Source: Euryarchaeota archaeon UBA10
Lineage (GTDB): Archaea > Thermoplasmatota > Poseidoniia > Poseidoniales > Poseidoniaceae
NCBI GenBank assembly: GCA_002498185.1
Contig: DAGO01000089.1
Coordinates: forward strand, 12,118-70,939
Reading direction: 5' to 3'
DNA: 58,822 nt
The position numbers were made by a program, and so were the translations under genes. This document shows, in pieces, positions 18,122-27,148 of the stretch; position 1 is the stretch's first letter; every line of letters begins with the position of its first letter. The notes beneath the pieces are model-generated. The model was not told where the DNA came from. It did no database searches and worked only from the letters and a program-made list of their open reading frames with translations.

Positions 18122-19399
18122 TCAACTCAGAGCCATACTCAATGCTTCTGCAACTTTTGGAACATCATCCAAGGGTAATGCACACAGGCCAATTCTGACT
18201 CCACCAGTTAGAGGTACAAGGAATACTCCATTCTCAGCACACTTGTGAGCAATCTCGCTAGGATTGTCAGACTCTAACCATGCAAAAAATCCGTCCATTG
18301 TAGGATTTAGAGGAACTCCTAACTTTTCACATTCTGAAATTAGTGCGTTTCTTCTGTCGTCCAACAACTGCTTCAGACGGTCTCTCTCTTCTGCCCATGC
18401 TTTGCCACCTTCTTCAGAGGAGTGCATTTCGCTGACGCAATATTGTGAGACCCTAGGAGTTGCACTCCACGTTTGCCTTGCTGTTACACACATGACTGTG
18501 TCCATTCGGTCTGTAACTTCTTTTTCGGGGTGCATGCTAACCAATGCACCTGTTCTCAAGCCGTAAATTGTATGAGACTTTGAAAGAGATATTGCAACGC
18601 ATATCAACAAGTTTTCAGGCCACATCATCCCATTTTCAATCGATTCTAGGATTGTATCAGCCCACGCATGAGTTTCGTCTGCATACAAGCTGTATGCTGA
18701 ATCAAGAAGCAAAGTGTGACCCACATCTGGATTGTTTAGTGCTGAATCAACAAATGATTCCAAGCATGCAAATCTCCCTTCAGGAGTCATTGACAAACCA
18801 GTAGGATTGTGAGCAGGGTCGTTCAGCCAAACCATGATTTTGTCCTGTGAAGAACACAATTGTTTCAACTTCTGATCAAATTCATCTCTTGCAAAATAAG
18901 GGTGAGCTTCACTGCCATTAGGAGGGAGTAAAGGCCAAGTCTCAAAGTCAAGAGCGTTATTTTGGAGGAAGCCTTTGTATGGCCCCCAGTGTCTATCTCT
19001 TAACAGAGCAGATTGACCAGCGCTAAGGAAATTATTTGCTGCTAAGAATAACGCACCGCTGCCTCCTGGGCTAGCGGTTGAAGCAAAATTGAATCCTAAT
19101 TCTTCTAATTGTGTGCGGGCATCACCAAATGCTAGAGTCTTGGTCAAATCAAGGAATGAAGGCAAGCCAGCAAGAGGAGCGTAGGCAGAGATCTCCTGCT
19201 CCGGAGCATTTCTTACTGCGGCATCTACAACCTTGTTAATTGCGAGACTACCATCGTTTTCCAATAAGGCGCCGATAGTCCCATTCACCGCAGGCTTGCC
19301 TTCTGCCTTAGCCTCTTGGAACTTAGCCCACCAGCTGAAAATCGTGTCATTTCCATGTTTTCCAATGCCTGCCGCATTGAGGAAATTCTCTCCAGCCAT
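18122..19399 (-). CDS. class I aminotransferase (AspC/TyrB-like)
   Basis: GKPAVNGTIGALL, NDPAHNPTG and the PLP-lysine block SLSKSHTIYGLRTGALV (compare SFSKNFGLY.ERVG) follow AspC-type order. Start taken at MAGENFL (Met15 of the ORF). Confidence 0.75.
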   Translation of the reverse strand: MAGENFLNAAGIGKHGNDTIFSWWAKFQEAKAEGKPAVNGTIGALLENDGSLAINKVVDAAVRNAPEQEISAYAPLAGLPSFLDLTKTLAFGDARTQLEELGFNFASTASPGGSGALFLAANNFLSAGQSALLRDRHWGPYKGFLQNNALDFETWPLLPPNGSEAHPYFARDEFDQKLKQLCSSQDKIMVWLNDPAHNPTGLSMTPEGRFACLESFVDSALNNPDVGHTLLLDSAYSLYADETHAWADTILESIENGMMWPENLLICVAISLSKSHTIYGLRTGALVSMHPEKEVTDRMDTVMCVTARQTWSATPRVSQYCVSEMHSSEEGGKAWAEERDRLKQLLDDRRNALISECEKLGVPLNPTMDGFFAWLESDNPSEIAHKCAENGVFLVPLTGGVRIGLCALPLDDVPKVAEALSMALS

Positions 19400-19473
19400 A
19401 CATCTCCCAGCCAGTTTGAGGCTATTGTACTGCCGACGCATTCATCAAGGGACTTCTTCTCGGGTGGTTCGGC

Positions 19474-19546
19474 GCCAACGTAGCATAGCTGGTAGTGCTT
19501 CGGATTTGTAATCCGACGGTCGGGGGTTCGAGTCCCTCCGTTGGCT
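19474..19546 (+). tRNA. tRNA-Thr (anticodon TGT)
   Basis: Hand-folded 73-nt cloverleaf. Acceptor GCCAACG/CGTTGGC, D stem GCAT/GTGC, anticodon stem TCGGA/TCCGA with loop TTTGTAA, T arm GGGGG-TTCGAGT-CCCTC, discriminator T. Confidence 0.9.
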
Positions 19547-19667
19547 CCTTACTTTTCACAGAGCAGTGCTGCATTTCTATTTTGAATAAAGAAAAATTAG
19601 ACAGAATAAATGGATATCATATTCAATTCGCCAAGGTATTCAAGACCTAATCGCGTCAGGGAGTAAC

Positions 19668-21128
19668 ATGGCGGAGTTCACTAATCCCGAGAGGAGAATG
19701 CTTCGCGCCATGCAGCAGAGAGATGGATTATGGAACTTAGAAGAAGTTCTCGAGGCATGTAATTGGGATGACCAGGCAATTGCTGTTGCTGCAGGACATG
19801 GCCTCGCAAATCACGGTTATGTCAAGATAAGTGAAACTAGTGTAACTGATGTAATACTTGGTAGTGAAGGGCAAAATGCAGTTGAGCAAGGATTACTTGA
19901 ATCAAGACTATGGAATTATATCAAGTCGAATAAAGATGCTAGCATGAAAGATTTGTCTGCTAATTTTGAGAGACATGAGGCGGGTCCCGGAATCGGATTA
20001 CTCAAAGGCCTCGGCGTGAAACTTGAAGGAGGGAAATTTTCCTGTGAGGACCCCGAGGATGTGTCTAAAAAAATCGCTGAAAGAGAGAATTTTATTCAAT
20101 CTCCAACAATGGAAAGCCCACTCCTTGAACACTTCAAGGGACGAAAGAATCTCATAGAAATCGTAGAAGCAGTTACCAGAACTTGGAAGATAACCTCCAG
20201 TGGGGTGCAGGTTCCAGATTCACAACTTGAAGAAGTCACAAAAATTGCTGACATTACTCCTGAATTATTGCAGAGTGATGAGTGGAAAAATGCTGAGTTT
20301 AGACCATATGATGTATCACTTGAAGCATCGATGCCTAGGTCTGGAAGAAGCCATCCTATGCAAGCTCTTATCGAGAGGATCCGCTCAATTTTCCTCGAGA
20401 TGGGGTTCTCAGAATTAGTGGATGATTATGTTCAAACCGCTGGATGGAACATGGATTCTCTATTCATTCCTCAAGACCATCCTGCTAGAGAAATGCAAGA
20501 CACATTTTATCTCGACAATCCTAGACAAATCGAATTGGATAAGAAATTATTAGCAGACTGGAAAGCAATTCATGAGCATGGAGGCGATACCGAATCAACT
20601 GGTTGGGGTGGAGAGTTCGACCCTGAAATATCCCAGAAGGGATTGTTGCGCACTCACACCACTGTCAACACAATACAGTATCTGGCTGAAAATCCTGAAG
20701 ATTCATGTCGAGTTTTCGCAATCGATAGAGTATTCAGAAAGGAAAGTATTGACAAAACCCATCTACCAGAATTCCATCAGATTGAAGGAATAATCATGGA
20801 ACCTGGTGCCAACTTGGGGATGCTCGTTACCACACTCAAAACATTCTACGAGAAAATGGGCTACCCTGAAGTTAGAGTAAGGCCTGCCTACTTCCCTTAC
20901 ACAGAACCTTCACTCGAAGTTGAAGTAAAGTGGCGAGGAAAGTGGTTGGAACTTGGAGGTGCTGGAATTTTCAGGCCTGAAGTCACGGAACCTCTTGGAA
21001 TCAAAGACCCTGTTTGTGCATGGGGAATGGGACTTGAGAGATTGGCAATGTTAGTGCTCGGGCTTGATGATATTCGTCAATTATACATCTCAGATTTAGA
21101 ATGGTTAAGGAATCAACCAATTTTGTGA
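19668..21128 (+). CDS. pheS: phenylalanine--tRNA ligase alpha subunit, archaeal type
   Basis: HPMQALIERIRSIFLEMGF, IPQDHPAREMQDTFYL, LLRTHTT, FRKESIDKTHLPEFHQIEG, YFPYTEPSLEV and GAGIFRPEV are class II motifs 1-3 in PheS context. The long N-terminal extension is typical of archaeal/eukaryal PheS. Confidence 0.9.
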   Translation: MAEFTNPERRMLRAMQQRDGLWNLEEVLEACNWDDQAIAVAAGHGLANHGYVKISETSVTDVILGSEGQNAVEQGLLESRLWNYIKSNKDASMKDLSANFERHEAGPGIGLLKGLGVKLEGGKFSCEDPEDVSKKIAERENFIQSPTMESPLLEHFKGRKNLIEIVEAVTRTWKITSSGVQVPDSQLEEVTKIADITPELLQSDEWKNAEFRPYDVSLEASMPRSGRSHPMQALIERIRSIFLEMGFSELVDDYVQTAGWNMDSLFIPQDHPAREMQDTFYLDNPRQIELDKKLLADWKAIHEHGGDTESTGWGGEFDPEISQKGLLRTHTTVNTIQYLAENPEDSCRVFAIDRVFRKESIDKTHLPEFHQIEGIIMEPGANLGMLVTTLKTFYEKMGYPEVRVRPAYFPYTEPSLEVEVKWRGKWLELGGAGIFRPEVTEPLGIKDPVCAWGMGLERLAMLVLGLDDIRQLYISDLEWLRNQPIL

Positions 21129-21133
21129 TCGCA

Positions 21134-21808
21134 ATGGACATCAATTCGATAAATGACCACAGTCCTTGGTGGGCAAGGGCATTCGCAATATTTCTGGGAT
21201 TTATGCTATTGCTAACAGTAGCCAACTTCTTCTATCTCGAAATATTTGGAATCAATGGAATCAATCACTACACATTTGGAAATGAGCCACTTGATCCCGG
21301 TTCTTATCCCGAAAATGGGACTGAAGAAGAACAAAGAAACTACAACAATTCTTTGAGGGAGTGGGATGATTACCAGAGTTATATGGAAATGATGGATGAT
21401 TTAGAGGAATCTTACGTCACTGAGATTTCGCAGATTTTCGCAGTCCTGACAATACTAATCGGCATACCAACAATCGCCATGTTTTGGACTCAAAATGAAA
21501 AGATGTTACACTTTGGATTAGCTTTCGGGGCGATATCGATAATTGGAGAAGTGTGGAAAGCATACATTTCTTCCGAAATTGTTGCCAATTTCATGGAAAG
21601 CGTACCCGGAGGAGGAGATTATGCTTGGATTGCCAAAACCTCCATTTTTACATCGAGCATGTGTGGGATACTTTACATTGCGTTGGCTATTGTTCTGCAT
21701 AACATGTATCACAATCTGAACGATTTACCTGAGAGTGGTTTCCATGTAAAGGTTGATACACCATATATTGAAACGGTAGACCATGGAGATAATGACATCC
21801 AACACTGA
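21134..21808 (+). CDS. hypothetical membrane protein
   Basis: The ORF has four hydrophobic helices. Start taken at MDINS, just after the pheS stop, instead of 21101. Confidence 0.4.
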   Translation: MDINSINDHSPWWARAFAIFLGFMLLLTVANFFYLEIFGINGINHYTFGNEPLDPGSYPENGTEEEQRNYNNSLREWDDYQSYMEMMDDLEESYVTEISQIFAVLTILIGIPTIAMFWTQNEKMLHFGLAFGAISIIGEVWKAYISSEIVANFMESVPGGGDYAWIAKTSIFTSSMCGILYIALAIVLHNMYHNLNDLPESGFHVKVDTPYIETVDHGDNDIQH

Positions 21809-22109
21809 AACCATTCCCGGTTTCAAGATTACTAAGTCACTAGGAGTTGCAACCGGCTCTACAGTAAGGGCGAAGCACATTGGTAAAGATATCCTAGCAG
21901 GCTTGAAAAACATTGTAGGTGGAGAGCTAAAGGCTTACACTGAACTATTGATGGAAGCACGTACTGAAGCACTGGGTCGAATGATGATGGATGCTGCACA
22001 ACGAGGCGCTAACGCAGTTGTCAATGTCAGATTTGCAACCAGTAGCGTAGCAGGTGGTGCTGCAGAATTGTTCGCATACGGAACTGCTGTCACTGTCCAA
22101 CAAGAGTGA
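21783..22109 (+). CDS. YbjQ/UPF0145 family protein
   Basis: TTETIPGFKITKSLGVATGSTVRAKHIGKDILAGLKNIVGGELKAYTELLMEARTEALGRMMMDAAQRGANAVVNVRF...LFAYGTAV is the full YbjQ signature. Confidence 0.8.
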   Translation: MEIMTSNTETIPGFKITKSLGVATGSTVRAKHIGKDILAGLKNIVGGELKAYTELLMEARTEALGRMMMDAAQRGANAVVNVRFATSSVAGGAAELFAYGTAVTVQQE

Positions 22110-22113
22110 TCAC

Positions 22114-22632
22114 ATGTACGACATTACCGCAGAATCAATACCCCTGCTGATCATTTTTGTATTAGTAGCAGTATTTGTTCTATTCTTCCCACTTGCATTC
22201 ATTTACTCCATGCTTTTTGGATGGATTCATGAATCTGGTCGCCAGAAAAAATTACTCGCTAGAGAACAAAAAGTGGCAGGAATTGTTGGAGGCGACAACA
22301 TACACACTTTATCCACGCCAATAAGTCTAGAAAAAATTTCACAATGCGGTTTAGTGATGACAAACATCACTGTATCACCATCATGGTGGCAGCTGTTCCT
22401 AGGCTCAATCAAATCTATTTTCGGTGGACAAATTCAATCCTATGACAAAGTCCTAGCTTATGGAAGAGCCGAAGCTATGCAGCGCCTGAGAGAGCAAGCA
22501 CTCGGTGAAGGCTGGAGTGAAATTATCAATGTTAGAGTTGAAACATCAATGGTGATGAACAAGGTGAAGGGCGGCCAGCAAAACAAAATGGGTACCCTCG
22601 AATTCCTTGCATATGGCACCGGAATCCGGTGA
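22114..22632 (+). CDS. membrane-anchored YbjQ-like domain protein
   Basis: N-terminal TM helix (IPLLIIFVLVAVFVLFFPLAFIY) followed by SIFGGQIQSYDKVLAYGRAEAMQRLREQALGEGWSEIINVRVE...FLAYGTGI. Start taken at MYDITAE. Confidence 0.6.
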   Translation: MYDITAESIPLLIIFVLVAVFVLFFPLAFIYSMLFGWIHESGRQKKLLAREQKVAGIVGGDNIHTLSTPISLEKISQCGLVMTNITVSPSWWQLFLGSIKSIFGGQIQSYDKVLAYGRAEAMQRLREQALGEGWSEIINVRVETSMVMNKVKGGQQNKMGTLEFLAYGTGIR

Positions 22633-22686
22633 TTTCAATAATATACATAGGGAGTCCTTTAGGACTTGAAGCCTCGAGAATCAAAC

Positions 22687-24126
22687 ATGAGAAGGACAAG
22701 AGTAGTGGCCACTGTCGGTCCATCTTCTTGGGACCCTACAACTCTACAGTCTATTTTTGATGCCGGTGCTGATGTATTTCGGCTGAACTATTCACACGGA
22801 GAACCAGAACAAAAGACAGAGTTGTATGAAAGAATCCGTTCAATGGAAACCGAACAACGCAAGACCTGCATCTTGGCTGATTTGCCGGGTCCAAAACTCC
22901 GTCTGGGTGAGTTTGATGGAGTTAAATCACTCAATAATGGTGAATCGATAAGATTACTTTGCGGAAAAATGGAACATGATGGCGAAGAAATTCCTGTTGA
23001 ATATGATGGACTATCTGCGGATTTAAAACCGGGTGATTCAATCCTAGTTGCTGATGGATTAATCAGATTGTCAGTTACAAAAACAGGCGGGGAAAAGGGC
23101 TCGTTCATCGACTGTCTTGTAGAAGATGGAGGACCGGTAACCAGTAGAAAGGGAATCAACTTACCAGGCAATACAATCGATTTACCGGCTATTGGCGAGA
23201 AAGACAAATTAGCTCTAGACCACGCACTGAAAACTGGTGCTGATTGGATTGCAGTATCTTATGTACGAAGTGCAGAAGATTTGCGTCCCGCAAAAGATGC
23301 TGTCAAGGCTGCTGGATTACATACTCCAATTATTGCCAAAATAGAACATCCTGCAGCTTTACAAAATCTGCACTCTATTCTTGACGTCGCAGATGCAGTA
23401 ATGGTTGCTCGGGGAGATTTGGGAGTAGAGATACCTCTGGAAAAAGTACCATTAGCTCAACAGAAAATTATCGATGCAGGTTTGATGCGTGGCATGGTAG
23501 TGATTGTCGCTACTCAAATGCTTGAATCAATGACACTGAACCCTAGACCAACACGTGCAGAAGTCAGTGATGTATCGACTGCAATTAGACACGGAGGAAC
23601 TGCCGTCATGTTATCTGGTGAAACCGCATCTGGCAAGCACCCTGTTGCGGCAGTAGAAACAATGGTAAAAATCGCAACTGCGACAGAAGAAGGACTGGAC
23701 TCCTCAGGAGGAACACCAGGAGTTCTATCCAAGTTCCGTTCGACTAGAGCTGTCGCTCATTCGGGGGTTGAACTTGCCAGGGCAGCAAGCGCCAAACACA
23801 TAATCGTAGCAACCCAACACGGTAATGCTCCCCGACTAGTAACTGGATACAGGCCAGACGTGGTTGTGACTGCTGTGACAGATCGTATTCGAGCTGCTCG
23901 CAGAATGAACCTACTACCCGGAGTAAAATCTGTAATCGTCAAAGAGCACGAGAGAGGTTCCAAAACCATGCAGAATGCGATCAGAGAGATTGCTAAAGAT
24001 GGAACCATCAAATCTGGAGATAGAATTGTGGCAATTTCAGGTTCTCCACAAGCAATGCGTGGAGCGACTAGTACTGTCAGATTATATCGTTTGGAATCGG
24101 ATGGAAGTATTTCTGGAACAGAGTGA
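22687..24126 (+). CDS. pyk: pyruvate kinase
   Basis: RRTRVVATVGPSS, FRLNYSHG, ADLPGPKLR, IIAKIEH, MVARGDLGVEIP, TQMLESM and MLSGETA are canonical pyruvate kinase blocks. Confidence 0.9.
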   Translation: MRRTRVVATVGPSSWDPTTLQSIFDAGADVFRLNYSHGEPEQKTELYERIRSMETEQRKTCILADLPGPKLRLGEFDGVKSLNNGESIRLLCGKMEHDGEEIPVEYDGLSADLKPGDSILVADGLIRLSVTKTGGEKGSFIDCLVEDGGPVTSRKGINLPGNTIDLPAIGEKDKLALDHALKTGADWIAVSYVRSAEDLRPAKDAVKAAGLHTPIIAKIEHPAALQNLHSILDVADAVMVARGDLGVEIPLEKVPLAQQKIIDAGLMRGMVVIVATQMLESMTLNPRPTRAEVSDVSTAIRHGGTAVMLSGETASGKHPVAAVETMVKIATATEEGLDSSGGTPGVLSKFRSTRAVAHSGVELARAASAKHIIVATQHGNAPRLVTGYRPDVVVTAVTDRIRAARRMNLLPGVKSVIVKEHERGSKTMQNAIREIAKDGTIKSGDRIVAISGSPQAMRGATSTVRLYRLESDGSISGTE

Positions 24127-27092
24127 CACCAAGACGCTTTTTTCTGCGCAAGGTTCAATGCTGGAGTTCCATGTCGATGGCCATGGGTCTTAATCCTGTG
24201 AATGGTATATTGGTCGCCACCGGCCTGATATTGGTATCTCTCAATCTGGCATTAGCGTCTTATGCAACCGGCGAAGTTCCTGCTGCTGTAGAAGAAGCCG
24301 TTGCGATGAAAGTTAAGGACGATATTTGCGAAAATACTCTTTGTACTGAAGTAAGTGAAGACTGGTCTGAATCGACCTCGCAAAGAGATTTCTTTGCATG
24401 GCACATAACTAATGTCGACGAGGTAATAATGGATAATGCAGAGCCTATTTATGAAAAAATTGGCCCTGTAACTTATGATGTCACTCTCAAGCGGGAAGTC
24501 GATAATTATGACATTAAGAATGGGCTATTGACATACAAACAATTGACATCATATTCATGTTCTGAAGATACCTTAGTACCATGCTCAACAGAGGTTAGCC
24601 AATTGAATATCGCGTTTAACCCACAGGTAGTTGGAGCCACTGGAACCGCAATCAACGCTGTCATGGACATTACCAAAACGGGATTCGTATCTGGAGTTGT
24701 TGGAATACACTTGAAACAAGTAACAGCAGCTCAGGCTGTTGCGGATGAAATCCAATATGAACACATGGCCAATCTAGCCGCTGTTGAAGGCCCAGGTGAC
24801 ATCTACATCATCGATACTGAGATGCATAATTCTGCTGAATCTTATTTCCTCGAGGGGATGTTTGAAGCGTTTAATGATGCATATGGCGACGCATTCCTAG
24901 ATGATGACACTAAGACTTACCTGAGCGAAGGCGGAGTTGACCCTCGCTGGGTTGATGGAGTTTGGAATGACGACGGAGATGGCATTCTAGAGCCAGATGA
25001 AGAGTGGGGAGGTTTCAACGAAACAGGAGCTCGAATTGGGGACTTGAACGGAAACGGAATCATCGATAATGAATCCAGCAGCTTCGTTTCCACCTTGAAT
25101 CTAGATTATGCATTCTATGAAGCAGTAGGTCCTGACGGAGAGAACCTATCCCTTGTCAATTACATGGGCCCTCTGGTTTACGCTGCAATGGGTGAGCCTG
25201 ATTCATTAGAATTCATCCAAGAAAATCCTGAAGAATCTGTCACACTCGAGCGTGCAGAATTGTGGAATTTCGCACATCCTACAGACCTAAACATCACACT
25301 AGCAAGAGATTGGACACTTTATGGAGGAATGGGTGCATTGATGCTTGACTACGGGGCAGGCAATGATGATTACCTAACCGATTATTCAGAAGACGGAGTC
25401 AACCTTTCGGTAAGAGTTGAACGCCTATTTGGTATCGAAATGGATGATGCTGTTGCCTCAGATGTTCTTACTATGGGTGATGGCACTGACGAGCCATTGG
25501 GAATTTTGGCAGTCAGCGAGTCAGGGACTTCATTCGGATTAACTGAATTCCTAGAAATGGATCAAACCACTGCGGTCGAAACCTACGGAGTAACTGGATA
25601 CCAGCACCAAGTTTTGAAGAAATTTTGTAACGACTGGATGGATAACGTCGCAACTCTACCACTGATTCTAGTTGGTGGAGAGGGCTACATATCTGCATCT
25701 CAGTTCGTCAACCAAACATTCGGTTCCGTAAATCCAATCGACAATGAGTACATGGAGTACTCACTCAATATTGGAGGAATGTGGGGTACTGGAACATATG
25801 GCTTCCCAGCTGGAGACCCGATCGACTTAACACAAGAACAGAGTTCTGAAATGCTGTACGGTGATTGGGGCCTAACTACTGCAAAGGGCGCAAGTATGTT
25901 CCTTTATGGTGAGTTGAGCGGCAAAACTTTGCCGATCAATTATTCAACCGAGGAAAGGACTGAGGCTAAAGAGTGGACAAATGAAACAGTTGCTGAGATA
26001 TATGGAATCGATGTTGAGGCTGCTGGTGCAGCAAGGCTACTAATGATGGAAGTAGTGTTCAAAAATTTCGTTCCCGACTTCCTAATTGATTCATTTGGAA
26101 CCAGTAAGTATCTCACACAACCTGTTGACAACTGGCTATTAGGCTGGCATGACCCTGTGAATGCATATTTGGCGACAGGTGATTCTGAAAATATGACCGC
26201 TGGCTGGACTAGCCTTGAAGCGAATGAAACATTCTTTGGTTCTGCTGCATATGTTGAGGGGGGAATATCTACAGGTGACCCTGCTAAAATCACGATTTGC
26301 ACAGGCGAGGCTGATTCCTGTGACAAGGGAGAAACCGTACAGGTTGGAGACAGCGAGTATGTAAGTTGGAGAAACAAGTCAAAGGAAAGTGCAACCTACG
26401 GATTGATTAACGCCGAATTGCAAAGTGAAACCACTGGCGGATTCATCACAGGAGATGGCGACAAAATTGACTTATCGGGATACGGAACTGCTGATGTGAA
26501 GTGTGAGAAAGAAAGCACTCTCAAAGGAATTCCTGTAGACGTATGTACTGCTTCTATGGATCCATTGGAAAGATCAATACAAGCCAAACTAATCAACAGC
26601 GGAGATCTCCTCGATGCTATCCCCGGCGCACTACCAGTGTTCTTTGGAAGCGATGTCGAAATCAAAGTCGAACAGTTGAGTGGAGCAATTATTGGCGGTA
26701 AATCGGAATCAACATTCTGGCTGGATACTAGAAACATCACAGACCAAAAAACCCCTCCTGAAATGTCTGATTTGCAAGAGGTATTCGTCATCAAGACTGC
26801 AGCAGAACTGGACGATGAAACTGCGGAATCTATGGAATCTCAAATCGTCACGAATCAAGACTTCTTTGCATTCTTTACTAACTTTGACCATTGGTCAGAT
26901 TATGTTGCTCTTAGCTTATGGATTGGAGGGTTTACCTCGCTCCTAATTGGTGCAGCATTAATTTTCAAGGGGGATAGCAAGGAAGTTTCTGGTTCAAAAT
27001 GGGGAGACGAACCTGAATCTACTGATTTCACTGGTGAAGTCAAGAAAGAACTCGATGAACCCAATGAAGAACCTCAACCAGAGGAATTATGA
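24123..27092 (+). CDS. CD36/LIMP-2 (scavenger receptor class B)-like two-TM surface protein with large insertions
   Basis: TM helices sit at both ends ([36 protein letters not shown]). Collinear motif matches to human CD36 as remembered: [32 protein letters not shown] vs [44 protein letters not shown] vs [22 protein letters not shown] vs VNLKGIPVYRF. The start is uncertain (GTG at 24123 overlapping the pyk stop, or ATG at 24171). Confidence 0.5.
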   Translation: [989 protein letters not shown]

Positions 27093-27097
27093 TTTCA

Positions 27098-27118
27098 AAG
27101 TGATATCACTTAGATATC
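27098..27118. promoter_or_regulatory. perfect 14-bp palindrome plus second GATATCA half-site upstream of the SPFH gene
   Basis: AAGTGATATCACTT lies at 27098-27111. GATATCA is repeated at 27113-27119, 11 bp after the first copy (27102-27108), and ~30 nt upstream of ATG 27149. Confidence 0.3.
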
Positions 27119-27148
27119 ATAAAGTAGGAGTCAGTTCTGGCAAGAAAC

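Noticed and set aside
22650-22668. Small hairpin AGTCC-TTTA-GGACT between the YbjQ pair and pyk.
   Set aside because: The stem is only 5 bp in a 54-bp spacer, which is too weak and too common by chance to call a terminator or operator.
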